58,028 nt of DNA from a bacterium (GTDB lineage Bacteria > Hydrothermota > Tepidihabitantia > Tepidihabitantales > Tepidihabitantaceae). The notes under the pieces were generated by a model. That model searched no databases and was not told the origin of the DNA. It saw only the letters and a list, made by a program, of their open reading frames with translations. A program made the translations under genes and the position numbers. Each line of letters begins with the position of its first letter. Within the stretch, counting starts at the first letter, position 1. This document shows positions 7,819 through 18,757 of this stretch, piece by piece. Location: contig JAWOHE010000061.1 of NCBI GenBank assembly GCA_046485285.1, forward strand, positions 1-58,028, read 5' to 3'.

Positions 7819-8445
7819 GTGCGGGCGGTGACAACCGAGACCGGACAGCCCCGGTCCTGGTCGCTTGGCGCGGGCGCGCGGGTCGGACCCGGCGTGAGCA
7901 TCGGCGCGGGAAGCTCGGTCGGCGAAAACGCGGTGATTCTCGGCCCGGCGACGATCGGCGCGCGCGTGCGGATCGGGCCGGGCGCGGTCATCGGCGCAGA
8001 GGGCTTCGGCTACGAGCGGGATGGCGACGGCTGGCGGCATCTCGAACACGGCGGGCCGGTGGTCGTGGAGGACGATGTCGAACTCGGCGCCAACGTCACC
8101 GTCGCCCGGGCGAAGACCGGCCGCGAGACCCGCATCGGCCAGGGCACCAAGGTCGACGCCCAGGTGCACATCGCCCACAACGTCGTCATCGGTCGCGACT
8201 GCGTCATCGCGGCCCAGACCGGCATCGCGGGTAGCGCGGTGATCGGCAACCGGGTCCGCATCGGCGGCCAGGTCGGAATCAGCGATCACGTCCGGGTCGG
8301 CGACGACGCGACGATCCTGGCGCGCGCGGCGGTGTTTCGCTCGGTGCCGGCCGGGGAAAGCTATTCGGGCGTGCCGGCCCGGCCGCACCGCGAGACGACG
8401 CGGCTCTGGGCGTGGCTGCACCGCCGGTTCCTGCGCGGGGACTAG
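7819..8445 (+). CDS. lpxD: UDP-3-O-acylglucosamine N-acyltransferase, short form (left-handed beta-helix only)
   Basis: Hexapeptide repeats and AEGFGYE...[17 protein letters not shown]...[17 protein letters not shown] as in LpxD. 208 aa; the usual ~100-aa N-terminal domain is missing. Confidence 0.75.
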   Translation: MRAVTTETGQPRSWSLGAGARVGPGVSIGAGSSVGENAVILGPATIGARVRIGPGAVIGAEGFGYERDGDGWRHLEHGGPVVVEDDVELGANVTVARAKTGRETRIGQGTKVDAQVHIAHNVVIGRDCVIAAQTGIAGSAVIGNRVRIGGQVGISDHVRVGDDATILARAAVFRSVPAGESYSGVPARPHRETTRLWAWLHRRFLRGD

Positions 8446-9269
8446 TGCCGGGCCGGACTATCGCCCGCCCGGTCAGGGCCCGGGGAACCGGGCTGTTCAG
8501 CCGCAGGCCGGTCGAAGTCCTGTTTACCCCGGCGGCGCCGGGAACCGGTATCGTGTTCGCGCCCGGGCTCGAGGCGAGGCCGGCCAATGCCCGTTCCGCC
8601 GGGCACTGCACCGAACTGGTTCGGGGTGGCAGGCGGGTGCGGGCGGTCGAGCACCTGCTCGCCGCGTGTCACGGCCTCGGGATCACCGACCTTGGCGTTG
8701 ACTGCCCGCAGGGCGAGCCGCCGTTCGACGACGGGTCGAGCCGGCTCTTTGCCCGGGTCCTGCGTCGCGCCGGGCTCCGCGAGTCGGGAGCAGGCCCGCG
8801 GCCGCTGTCGCTGCGCGGGCCGCTGCTGGTCGAGGACCGCGGCAGCCTTGTCGTCGCCCGGCCGGGCCGCGGGCTCCGGCTGGTCTGCGTCACGGACTTC
8901 CCGTGGCGGGGGCCGGAGGCGTGCGCGTGGCGGCTGGCGTCGGGCGCGTTCGAACGCGGGCTGGCAGGGGCCCGGACGGTGGCGTATACTTCCGAGTCAC
9001 CCGCGCGGCTCCGCCGCTCGCTGGGCCTGCGTTTCGGGCTGGCGCGCCGGGATGGGCGGGCGCGAAGCCCCGGGCGCCGGGTCTTCGTCGCGCCCTCGCG
9101 GGCGCGGATGCCGGGCGAGGCCTGTCGGCACAAGCTGCTCGACCTGCTCGGCGACCTCGCGCTCGTCGGCCGGCCGCTCAATGCCGAGATACTGGCTTTT
9201 CGGCCCGGACACCGACTGAACCTGGCGCTGGCGCGCAGGCTCGACCAAACAGCTGAGGAGGCTGGATGA
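8445..9269 (+). CDS. lpxC: UDP-3-O-acyl-N-acetylglucosamine deacetylase
   Basis: RTIARPV..GTGLFS N-terminus, VEHLLAA, and HKLLDLLGDLALVG zinc motif. GTG 8445 overlaps the lpxD TAG by 1 nt; GTG 8412 is an alternative start. Confidence 0.85.
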   Translation: MPGRTIARPVRARGTGLFSRRPVEVLFTPAAPGTGIVFAPGLEARPANARSAGHCTELVRGGRRVRAVEHLLAACHGLGITDLGVDCPQGEPPFDDGSSRLFARVLRRAGLRESGAGPRPLSLRGPLLVEDRGSLVVARPGRGLRLVCVTDFPWRGPEACAWRLASGAFERGLAGARTVAYTSESPARLRRSLGLRFGLARRDGRARSPGRRVFVAPSRARMPGEACRHKLLDLLGDLALVGRPLNAEILAFRPGHRLNLALARRLDQTAEEAG

Positions 9270-9685
9270 ACCTGGATGAGATCAAACAGCACCTGCCCCA
9301 CCGGGAGCCGTTTCTGTTCGTGGACGCCGTCACCCGGCTGGGCGAGAACGACATCGAGGCCTACCGCGACATCCGGTCAGACGAGTTCTTCCTCGCCGGC
9401 CACTTCCCGGGCAACCCGGTCCTGCCGGGCGTCCTGATGGTCGAGGCGATCGCCCAGGTCGGCATCCTGATCGTGCTGTCGCGCGAGCCCCGGGCCGGCC
9501 GCAAGACGCTCTTCGCGGCAATCGAGCGGGTCCGCTTCCGCCGCCAGGTCCGGCCCGGCGAGCGGCTGCTGCTGAGCGCGCGGCTGCTGAGCAGCAGGGC
9601 CGGCATCTACAAGATCGAGGGTCAGGCCCGGGTCGGCGACGAACTGGCCTGCGAGGCCACGGTCACGGGCGCGCTGCGCGACTGA
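9266..9685 (+). CDS. fabZ: 3-hydroxyacyl-ACP dehydratase
   Basis: [11 protein letters not shown]...[20 protein letters not shown] hot-dog signature. Confidence 0.95.
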   Translation: MNLDEIKQHLPHREPFLFVDAVTRLGENDIEAYRDIRSDEFFLAGHFPGNPVLPGVLMVEAIAQVGILIVLSREPRAGRKTLFAAIERVRFRRQVRPGERLLLSARLLSSRAGIYKIEGQARVGDELACEATVTGALRD

Positions 9686-9691
9686 GCGGCA

Positions 9692-10468
9692 ATGCCGGTG
9701 CACCCGACCGCGGTCGTCGAGCCGGGTGTAGAGCTCGGCCCGCGCTGCACGGTCGGGCCGTTCTGTCACCTGAGCGGCCGGGTTCGGCTCGGCCGCGACT
9801 GCCGGCTGGCGGCCGGGGTGGCGATCGGTGCCGAGCCGATGGACTGGAAGTACTCCGGGGAGGAGACCGCGGTCGTCATCGGCGACGAGAACGCCTTCCA
9901 CGAGTACGCCACCGTTCACCGCGCGACCGGTGCGGGTGCGGAGACGGTCATCGGCAGTCGCAACCGGGTGATGGCGTACGTCCACATCGCCCACAACTGC
10001 CGGGTAGGCGACGGCTGTGTCATCACCAACGCCTGCCAGCTCGGCGGCCACGTCGAGCTGGGCGACGGCGCCAACCTCGGCGGGATGGTCGGCGTGCACC
10101 AGTGTTGCCGCATCGGCGAGCTGGCGATGGTCGGCGCACACAGCTACGTGAACCGCGACATCCCGCCCTTCATGCTCGCCGCCGGCCGGCCGTGCCGGGT
10201 CCGGGGGCTGAACCGCGTCGGCCTCGAGCGGGCGGGAGTCCCGGCGCCGGCGCGGGCGATGCTGAAGCGGGCCTGGAAGCTGATGTATGGCTCCGTGCTC
10301 GGGCTCTCGACGGCGGTCGCGGCAATCGAGCGCGACCTGCTGCCCGAGTCAGTCGAGGAAGGCGGCGGGGACGAACTCCGCCGGCTGCTTGAGTTCATCG
10401 GGACCACCGGACGCGGCATCGAACTCCGCGCCGGTGGTGCGACCGAGGAGGAACAATGCGAGTCCTGA
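9692..10468 (+). CDS. lpxA: Acyl-ACP--UDP-N-acetylglucosamine O-acyltransferase
   Basis: Hexapeptide repeats, VHPTAVVEPG start, and C-terminal helical domain (GLNRVGLERAG). Position after fabZ. Confidence 0.9.
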   Translation: MPVHPTAVVEPGVELGPRCTVGPFCHLSGRVRLGRDCRLAAGVAIGAEPMDWKYSGEETAVVIGDENAFHEYATVHRATGAGAETVIGSRNRVMAYVHIAHNCRVGDGCVITNACQLGGHVELGDGANLGGMVGVHQCCRIGELAMVGAHSYVNRDIPPFMLAAGRPCRVRGLNRVGLERAGVPAPARAMLKRAWKLMYGSVLGLSTAVAAIERDLLPESVEEGGGDELRRLLEFIGTTGRGIELRAGGATEEEQCES

Positions 10469-11829
10469 CCGTTCTCGTCCTCGCGCTGGCACTGGCGCCG
10501 GCGCATCCCTGGGCCTGCTACCACGGCGACCCCCAGCACAGCGGCCGCTCGACGCTGGGCGTCGGCGACTCGCTCGGGGTCGCGTGGGACTTCCGCGCCG
10601 GCGGCGACATCTCCGGGTCGCCGGTAGTCAACAGCTCGGGGCAGGTTCTTTTTGCGGCCCGCGACGCGCGGCTGTACTGCCTGAATCACGACGGCAGCCA
10701 GGCTTGGGCGACGGACCTGGCCGAGCACGGCACGGCGGTCTATTTTTCGACGCCGGCGCTGGACGATGCGGGCAACGCCTACATCACGACCAACCGGCGT
10801 CTGGTCAAGGTCAGCCCGACCGGTTCGGTGCTGTGGCACTACCCGGACCACCGGTTGTGGTCGGTCAGCCACTCGCCGGTCATCGGCGCCGACGGCAAGA
10901 CCTACTTCGCGAGCTACGCCGACTCGCTCTGCGCGCTGCGGCCCGACGGCACGCTGGACTGGGCCCGTGACCTCGGGCTCGACGTCAACTCGGCCCCGGC
11001 GGTCGGGCTGGACGGGCGTATCTACGTCGCGACGACCCGGGGAACCGGCGGCTGGAAGCTCTGGGCGTTCGAGCCGGACGGGTCCGAGGCCTGGTCTTTC
11101 GACCTCGCCGCCGGTGCCGACTTCGCCTCGCCGGCGGTCGGCCCGGACTCGACCGTCTATGTCGGTGCCGGCCGATACCTCTACGCGGTGAGCGCCGCCG
11201 GCTCGCTCAAGTGGCGTGACAGCCTGCCGGCGAGCGTATCTTCCTGCCCGGCGGTCGCCAACGACTCCACGCTCTACGTGACGGCCGGGGCGTACCTGTA
11301 CCGAGTTTCGTCGGACTCCGGAGTGCGCTGGCGCAAGTACCTGGGCGGGTCGAACTACTCGGCGCCGGCGGTGGACGCCAACGGCTTCGTCTTCGTCGGC
11401 TCGGCCTACACGACGGCGCCCGCACTTCTCGTAATCGCGCCCGACTCGACGGTGCTCTGGTCGCAGCCAATGCCCGACGAGGTCTGGGCTTCGCCGGCGA
11501 TCGGGCCGGGCGGCCGGGTCTACGCCGGGTGCATGGACGGGGCCTTCTTCGCCCTCCAGGGTTCGGGCCTGGCGCTGGGGGAGAGCGGTCCGGGCGCCGC
11601 ACGCCCGGTCCTGCGGGCCTGGCCCAGCCCGACCAGCGGTCGGCTACGGCTGTCAGGCCCGGCCGGTATCGACCAGGTGCCGGTCGGCGTGTTCGATGCA
11701 GCCGGCCGGTCGGTCGGTTTCCGGCGTGCCGGCGAACTAATCGACCTCGCAGGCCTGCCCGCGGGCGTCTACGTGGTCAGCGTCCGGGCCGGCGGCGGGG
11801 TGCTGCGCTGCCGGGTCGTGCTGGAGTAG
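10456..11829 (+). CDS. Secreted PQQ/BamB-like beta-propeller protein with T9SS C-terminal sorting domain
   Basis: Signal peptide MRVLTVLVLALALAPA. Repeated ...G.VLW../..DG..W motifs. C-terminus LRAWPSPTSGRLRL...VFDAAGRSV...LPAGVYVVSVRAGG..RVVLE resembles T9SS type A CTDs. Confidence 0.7.
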   Translation: MRVLTVLVLALALAPAHPWACYHGDPQHSGRSTLGVGDSLGVAWDFRAGGDISGSPVVNSSGQVLFAARDARLYCLNHDGSQAWATDLAEHGTAVYFSTPALDDAGNAYITTNRRLVKVSPTGSVLWHYPDHRLWSVSHSPVIGADGKTYFASYADSLCALRPDGTLDWARDLGLDVNSAPAVGLDGRIYVATTRGTGGWKLWAFEPDGSEAWSFDLAAGADFASPAVGPDSTVYVGAGRYLYAVSAAGSLKWRDSLPASVSSCPAVANDSTLYVTAGAYLYRVSSDSGVRWRKYLGGSNYSAPAVDANGFVFVGSAYTTAPALLVIAPDSTVLWSQPMPDEVWASPAIGPGGRVYAGCMDGAFFALQGSGLALGESGPGAARPVLRAWPSPTSGRLRLSGPAGIDQVPVGVFDAAGRSVGFRRAGELIDLAGLPAGVYVVSVRAGGGVLRCRVVLE

Positions 11830-11861
11830 CTGGCGAGTCGCGGTCCGGGGACCGTTCCGAC

Positions 11862-13154
11862 GTGAAGTACCGGCAGGCGGTCGGCTTACTCGACAGCCTC
11901 GTCAACTACGAGCGGCAGGCACAGCCGCGCGACGGCTTCAAGCTCGACGCGATACGCCGGTTGCTCGGGCTGGCGGGCGACCCCCAGCTCCTGCTCGAAC
12001 GGACCGTGCTGGTCGCAGGCACCAAGGGTAAGGGCTCGACCTGCTGTCTCATCGAGTCCGCGCTGCGCGGCTGCGGCCTGCGGACCGGGATGTTCCTGTC
12101 GCCCCACGTCCGGAGCGTGCGCGAGCGCGTCCAGCTCGACGGCCGCCTCATCGGCCGGGCGGCCTTCTCGGCCGCGGTTGCGCGCCTCGTCCCGCTGGCC
12201 CGGCGCCGGCCGGTCAGCTACTTCGAGTTCACCGCCGCGCTGGCCTTCGACGTGTTCGCCCGCGCGGGCGTGGACTGGGCCGTGCTCGAGGTCGGCCTCG
12301 GCGGCCGGCTCGACGCGACGAACCTGAGCGACCCCGACGTGTCGGTCATCACCCGCATCGGGCTCGACCACACCGCCGTGCTGGGCCGGACCGTCCGGCG
12401 CATCGCCGGCGAGAAGGCCGGCATAATGCGGGCGGGCCGGCCGGTCGTCATCGGTGAGCAGGTGCCGGCGGCCGCGGCCGAGCTGGCCCGGCGCGCCCGG
12501 GCGGCCGGCGCAATGCCGGCCTGGGCGGACCGGCAGGTGCGGGTGTGGGACGTCCTCGCGCGGCCGGACGGCACCGACTTCTCGGTGTTCGGCGAACTGG
12601 GCGCGGGGCGCGTCGGCCTCGGACTGCTCGGTTGGCACCAGGTCGAGAACTGCCGGACCGCGCTGGCCGCGCTGGCGGCGATGGCCCGCAGCGACCCGCG
12701 CATTTGCCTTGCCCCGGCGCTCGCCGGGCTGGCCTCGGCCCGCGTCCCGGCCCGGTGCGAGGTGGTGAGCCGCGACCCGCTGGTGATTGTCGATTCCTGC
12801 CACAACCCCGACTCCGGGGCGGCGCTCGCCCGGGTCCTCGCCGACCACGTCGGGCAGAAGGTCGTGCTCGTCTACGGCTCGCTGCGCGGCAAGCAGGTCG
12901 CGGCGACGGTGCGGCCACTGGCGCCGTGGGTCGAGCAGGCGGTGCTCACCCGGCCCGACTCGCCCCGCGCGGCGGCCCTGCCGGCCGTCAAGGCCGCATT
13001 CAGCCGCGCCGGCATCGCGTACCAGTCGGCGGACCGGCTGGCCGGCGCGCTGGCCCGCGCCCGCGAGCTGTCGGCCGGGCGCACGCCGGTCGTCGTGGCC
13101 GGTTCCTTCTACCTTGCCGGCGAGGCGCTGGCGCTGCTGGCCCCGGCCGGCTGA
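11862..13154 (+). CDS. folC: Folylpolyglutamate synthase / dihydrofolate synthase
   Basis: VAGTKGKGST Mur-ligase P-loop and the FolC-like order of motifs. GTG 11862 chosen after the upstream stop. Confidence 0.85.
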   Translation: MKYRQAVGLLDSLVNYERQAQPRDGFKLDAIRRLLGLAGDPQLLLERTVLVAGTKGKGSTCCLIESALRGCGLRTGMFLSPHVRSVRERVQLDGRLIGRAAFSAAVARLVPLARRRPVSYFEFTAALAFDVFARAGVDWAVLEVGLGGRLDATNLSDPDVSVITRIGLDHTAVLGRTVRRIAGEKAGIMRAGRPVVIGEQVPAAAAELARRARAAGAMPAWADRQVRVWDVLARPDGTDFSVFGELGAGRVGLGLLGWHQVENCRTALAALAAMARSDPRICLAPALAGLASARVPARCEVVSRDPLVIVDSCHNPDSGAALARVLADHVGQKVVLVYGSLRGKQVAATVRPLAPWVEQAVLTRPDSPRAAALPAVKAAFSRAGIAYQSADRLAGALARARELSAGRTPVVVAGSFYLAGEALALLAPAG

Positions 13155-14507
<1,353 letters not shown>

Positions 14508-14513
14508 CGCCTG

Positions 14514-14541
14514 ATTATTCGGGGCGCGGCGCAGATGTCAA
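14514..14541 (-). promoter_or_regulatory. Sigma70-like promoter TTGACA-N16-AATAAT (minus strand) for rarA
   Basis: -35 at 14536-14541 and -10 at 14514-14519; 6 nt to ATG 14507, a leaderless geometry. Confidence 0.5.
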
Positions 14542-14574
14542 ACGCGGCCGGGACCGGGCGACGGCGAGGTTGGA

Positions 14575-14641
14575 CTGGCGCGAGAGCGACGCCCGCCGGC
14601 AGGACACCGGCGAGTCGGCAAGGCTGGTGCTGGTCGAGTAG
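14575..14641 (+). pseudogene. Remnant of a T9SS sorting-domain 3' end (...RRQDTGESARLVLVE*)
   Basis: 14593-14633 is 41/41 identical to 20518-20558 (end of the FG-GAP gene, ...RRQDTGESARLVLAR*). Upstream similarity decays with a ~30-nt deletion. No upstream ORF body. Confidence 0.7.
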
Positions 14642-14694
14642 GGCGGTGGCCGGGCCGCCCTGCCGAGGCCGGCCCGTGTCGGTGCGATTTGAGC

Positions 14695-14723
14695 TTGACA
14701 GGCAGGAAAGACCGGAGTATGCT
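14695..14723 (+). promoter_or_regulatory. Sigma70-like promoter TTGACA-N17-TATGCT
   Basis: Perfect -35 at 14695-14700 and -10 at 14718-14723. About 120-nt GC-hairpin-rich leader before ATG 14848. Confidence 0.5.
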
Positions 14724-14847
14724 CGACTTGTCCGTGGGGGTGGCGGTGGCACCGCCGCGAGAGTGCGGACTATGGCAGTCGGCACGATGGGTGCCCATCG
14801 GCGCCGGAGGACCGGATTCGTGTCCGCGGTGCAAAGGAGGCAACACC

Positions 14848-17796
14848 ATGCACCGACATGAACCGCCAGGCGCCTACCCCTCTGTCTTGGCCGGCCTCCG
14901 CAGTCCTGCGACCGGGTCGGCATGGACTCTGACAGGCAAGGCACTGACCATCGCAATCGCGCTGCTGGTGACACTCGTATTCGCGGGCGAGTGGGAACCC
15001 ACAACACGACAGCCGGCAGGTGGTCGAGCCTTGGATGTGACTGCCGGGTGTCTGCCCGGAGGCTCGGCTGTGCTCTACACTTGCGTCGAGAACAGCGAAG
15101 GGGATTTCCCGAGGTCATACATCTACAAGAGCTCGGACAACGGGAACCGCTGGAGTGAGGTTTTCCGCGCCCACCTGCTGGCGGCTGTGCGCACCCGCGA
15201 GACTGACCCGCAGGTCGTTTATGCGGGGCTTGATGGTGCGGCACAGGGCGGGTCAGTTGGGTTGTACAAGTCAACCAACGGAGGCGCAAGCTGGACTCCA
15301 CTGACGAACGGAATAGACCGGCCGGTAATCGGCACGATTGCCATCTCAGCTCAGAATCCCGACCTGCTCCTTGCAGGTGCTGGACGCCGGACGAGTGTGG
15401 GAAAGCTGTACAGAAGCACCGATGGCGGGGCGTCTTGGGCGAACGTTCTGCCCCTGCTGACGCCGGATGTCGCGAGGGTCGAAGACATCGCCATTAGTCC
15501 GCAAGACGACGGTCGCGTCCTGTTCTGCGCATCTGACGGTCCGGCCGGCCACTATGGCATCTTCCTGAGTACTGATGGCGGGCAGGAGTGGACTCAAACG
15601 TGGTCAGCAGGATTCGTCTACTCGTTGGCATTCGCCCCGGACGGCCAGGTGGTGTATGCCGGCGCAGATGTCAACAAGGTGCTCAAGAGCACCGATGGCG
15701 GCCAGAACTGGCAGGTGGCCGCCACTCTGCCGGGGCAGCCCTGGCATTCGATACACTCGGTCGTCGTTCATCCCCTCGACCCTACCCGGGTATATCTCTC
15801 ACGGCACCGTTCCGGCGTCTGGTACTCATCGGACGGCGGCCACAACTGGGTGCCCCGGAACAACGGGTTGTGGCTGACTGACATGTGGTTGACGCGACTT
15901 CTTGTGAATCAGCAAGACCCGGAATGTCTGTTCGCTGGCGAGTATGATGCGGGGCTCTACCGGACCGCCGACGGCGGGCTGAACTGGAAGCAGGCGTCCG
16001 ACTGGCATCCAGTGCTCAGGCTCCGAAACGTAGTCGCACAGGAACAGACAGGCCACATAGCAGTCCAGGCCCACACAGGCCCCGTCTGTGTCTCCAGCAA
16101 CAAGGGCGATGACTGGGAGATGACGACGCGCAGTTTCTTCATGGCAGCGCGCGGCGCCCTCGTGCAAGCCAGGCCGGGTGTGCTTCTGGTGTCTCATCCG
16201 TGTCTCCCCTCGACTGACGGCGAAATCGAACGCGAAACAGCCGATGATGATGCACTGCATGAGTCGTTCATCGCTCGAAGCACCGACCACGGGTATACCT
16301 GGACCGTCAGGTACCACGGCGCGGATGTTCTGGTCTACGACCTGGCCACAGCCCCCGGCGACCGGACGCGGGCCTACGCGGTGGCCGCACTCGAACTCCC
16401 GGGCGGTTACTCCTTCGTGTTACGCAGCACTGACGAGGGTGTGAGCTGGGATGTGGCGGCGAGCGGCCTGAGCTGGCGACTGCGGTGCGTCACGGTCAGT
16501 CACAGCGACCCCGACCTCCTCTTCCTCGGGTGCAGTGACGGGAGCTTCCTGGTCAGCGGGGATGGCGGGTACAACGTAGTACTCGTCGGGGAGCTTCCTG
16601 ATGCCGTCTCCTGCCTCGTTGTAGACCCCGGGAATGACAGTGTAATCTACGCGGGGACTCCTGTCGGCGTCTACAAGTCCGACGACCGCGGAGTCAACTG
16701 GCAGGCTGCGAACTCCGGGATTGAACACTTGAGCGTCAGGGCCTTGGCAGTTGACCCCTTGGACCCGCGCCGGCTCTGGGTATCGACGTGGGGCGTGAAC
16801 GGCGCGAACAGCGTCTATCATGTGTGCCAGTCCTTTGACGGAGCTCAGTCCTGGCTTGCGGCAAGAGATGGCATACCTGCGGCAACCTCAGTGGAAGGTT
16901 TCCACATCAGCCAGGATGACCGCCGCATCTATGCGGCCACCTCGGCCGGTGTCTACCTGAGAGACCTGGGGCTTATTGCCGCGGGTTCCCCTGAGGCGAC
17001 CCATCCCAACTGGGGCCGGAACCTCGTGCGCATTCCGAACACGCAGCAGTACTACGCCGTGTACCAGGACAACGGCAGCATCTACTACGTCAGTACCCCG
17101 GACCGAGGTGCGACTTGGACTGAGCCTGAGCTGGTTGGCCACGGTCTTGACCCGGCGCTCGTGGTCAACAGGAGTCTCGTCGGGGCGGGGCAGACACCGT
17201 GGGTGGTTTACGTGACCGGGGATGGTGCTATCGAGCGGGCGATTAGACAGGGTCCGGGCCTCTGGTCGCACGCGCTCGTCTTCAGTCAGCCCGGCATGTC
17301 TGCCGGCGCGCCGTCGCTGGCCGCGGGCATAACACCGGATGTCGTCGGCCCGCTCGCGCACGTCGCCTACCCGGTCTACATCGGCGAGCCGCCGGCGCAG
17401 TGCTACGTCTACTGCAACACCTTCACCGAGTACGCGGTGTCCGCCCCGTATGAGCTCGACAACGCGCCGGAGAACGCCTTGCGCAGCCCCAGCGTTGCGG
17501 TGACCCCCGGCGACATCATCCACGTCGCATGGGACCGTAGCGAACAGATAGTGTACCGGGAGCATCGGGACGGCCTGTGGTCGGAAATCTACCCGATTTC
17601 GAGGCCGGTCTGGCCGCCATCCGAGCCTGCTTCGAACCCCGCGCTTGAGGCGTACGGGGATTACATCTACTGCGTCTGGCGCGGGCCGAACGGACAGGGT
17701 CAGTTCCCGGGCGACATCTGGCAAAGCAAGCGGTGGCTCTGGAACGAGCCTTGGGATTGGTTCGACCCGGAGAACCAGAGCCTGACTCCGGGCTAG
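14848..17796 (+). CDS. BNR/Asp-box repeat beta-propeller protein (N-terminal part of a split T9SS cargo)
   Basis: AAAGGAGG RBS and a signal anchor (ALTIAIALLVTLVFAG). About 14 SxDxGxxW Asp-boxes (SSDNGNRW, STDGGASW, STDGGQNW, and others). No sorting domain. Ends at TAG 17794-17796. Confidence 0.8.
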   Translation: MHRHEPPGAYPSVLAGLRSPATGSAWTLTGKALTIAIALLVTLVFAGEWEPTTRQPAGGRALDVTAGCLPGGSAVLYTCVENSEGDFPRSYIYKSSDNGNRWSEVFRAHLLAAVRTRETDPQVVYAGLDGAAQGGSVGLYKSTNGGASWTPLTNGIDRPVIGTIAISAQNPDLLLAGAGRRTSVGKLYRSTDGGASWANVLPLLTPDVARVEDIAISPQDDGRVLFCASDGPAGHYGIFLSTDGGQEWTQTWSAGFVYSLAFAPDGQVVYAGADVNKVLKSTDGGQNWQVAATLPGQPWHSIHSVVVHPLDPTRVYLSRHRSGVWYSSDGGHNWVPRNNGLWLTDMWLTRLLVNQQDPECLFAGEYDAGLYRTADGGLNWKQASDWHPVLRLRNVVAQEQTGHIAVQAHTGPVCVSSNKGDDWEMTTRSFFMAARGALVQARPGVLLVSHPCLPSTDGEIERETADDDALHESFIARSTDHGYTWTVRYHGADVLVYDLATAPGDRTRAYAVAALELPGGYSFVLRSTDEGVSWDVAASGLSWRLRCVTVSHSDPDLLFLGCSDGSFLVSGDGGYNVVLVGELPDAVSCLVVDPGNDSVIYAGTPVGVYKSDDRGVNWQAANSGIEHLSVRALAVDPLDPRRLWVSTWGVNGANSVYHVCQSFDGAQSWLAARDGIPAATSVEGFHISQDDRRIYAATSAGVYLRDLGLIAAGSPEATHPNWGRNLVRIPNTQQYYAVYQDNGSIYYVSTPDRGATWTEPELVGHGLDPALVVNRSLVGAGQTPWVVYVTGDGAIERAIRQGPGLWSHALVFSQPGMSAGAPSLAAGITPDVVGPLAHVAYPVYIGEPPAQCYVYCNTFTEYAVSAPYELDNAPENALRSPSVAVTPGDIIHVAWDRSEQIVYREHRDGLWSEIYPISRPVWPPSEPASNPALEAYGDYIYCVWRGPNGQGQFPGDIWQSKRWLWNEPWDWFDPENQSLTPG

Positions 17797-17811
17797 GAAT
17801 CCAACTACCCG

Positions 17812-18642
17812 GTGATGACCACTGATTTCGTCACGGTCTGGCACGAAGACGTGGGCGGCGGGAACACCGATATCTGGGCGAAGTTTGCGCCGGACCCATC
17901 CGCCCGGTCCTTGTTCCAGACCCCGCGGCCCTCCCGGTACCCGCACGCCGAGGGGTATTGGGAACACCTGATTGCGGAGTTCCACTGCAACACGCTCTGG
18001 ACCGAGGAACTCTCGCCTTTCCTGCCGCTCTACGAAGTGCGGTTTGACGTCAGGAGCTGGGTGCCCAGCTTCGACGGCCGGTTCGAGCCTGCTTCGTACT
18101 ACGAAGTACAGACCGGGAACCCGGTACCATCGCCCTACTGCCGGAGCCGGGGCGGTGCCCGGGTCCATCGTTCCTACCGGGTGGACTCCGCGGCCAGCGA
18201 GCTGGTCTACGACCTGCTGTTTCTTGACCCGCGGCGAGCTTACGATGCCCGGGCTGTGGTGTACCACGAGGGCAAGGGCGACTGGACCTTCGAGCTCAGT
18301 GCCGACACCCTGTCCCTGGCTCGAATCAAGGCCAGGCCCGGGGTCCCGGAGACCGCGCTGGTCCGGATTCCGGGCTGGGCATATCAGCCCAGGACACGGG
18401 CCGTGCTGAGCCTGCGCCGGCTCGCGGCTGACTATGCGCCGCTTGCCGGGCTCAAGCTCTTCCAGGTCGAGGAACGCACACCCGGGGTGGACGGGCCGCA
18501 GACCGCTGGAGGAGTGCCGCGCGCGACCCTGCGACTCGAACCGTGTGCGCCCAACCCGTTACGCGACCGGACCGAAATCCGGTACGAGCTGCCGCGTGCA
18601 GGCCGGGTGTCGGTCCGGGTGTTCGACGCGGCCGGCCGCTAG
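17812..18642 (+). CDS. ORF continuing the BNR protein in the same frame; ends at an in-frame TAG inside a T9SS sorting domain
   Basis: No signal peptide and no SD. Same frame as 14848-17796. C-terminus LRLEPCAPNPLRDRTEIRYELPRAGRVSVRVFDAAGR* is only the first half of a FlgD-Ig/T9SS-type CTD. Confidence 0.5.
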   Translation: MMTTDFVTVWHEDVGGGNTDIWAKFAPDPSARSLFQTPRPSRYPHAEGYWEHLIAEFHCNTLWTEELSPFLPLYEVRFDVRSWVPSFDGRFEPASYYEVQTGNPVPSPYCRSRGGARVHRSYRVDSAASELVYDLLFLDPRRAYDARAVVYHEGKGDWTFELSADTLSLARIKARPGVPETALVRIPGWAYQPRTRAVLSLRRLAADYAPLAGLKLFQVEERTPGVDGPQTAGGVPRATLRLEPCAPNPLRDRTEIRYELPRAGRVSVRVFDAAGR

Positions 18643-18757
18643 GTCCGGCTACTCCTTGACGAGGAGCAAGGCCCGGGCCTTGTGCGGGTCGCCTGGGATG
18701 GCCGGGACGCCCGGGGCCAATCCCTGCCTGCGGGCGTGTACTTCTACCGGGTCACGC

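Noticed and set aside
17794-18642. Genome-wide reassignment of TAG to a sense codon
   Set aside because: TAG terminates several well-conserved genes at their expected ends in this window (341-1024, 1087-1563, rpsA, lpxD, murC, and others). Any decoding of the two internal TAGs would have to be local.
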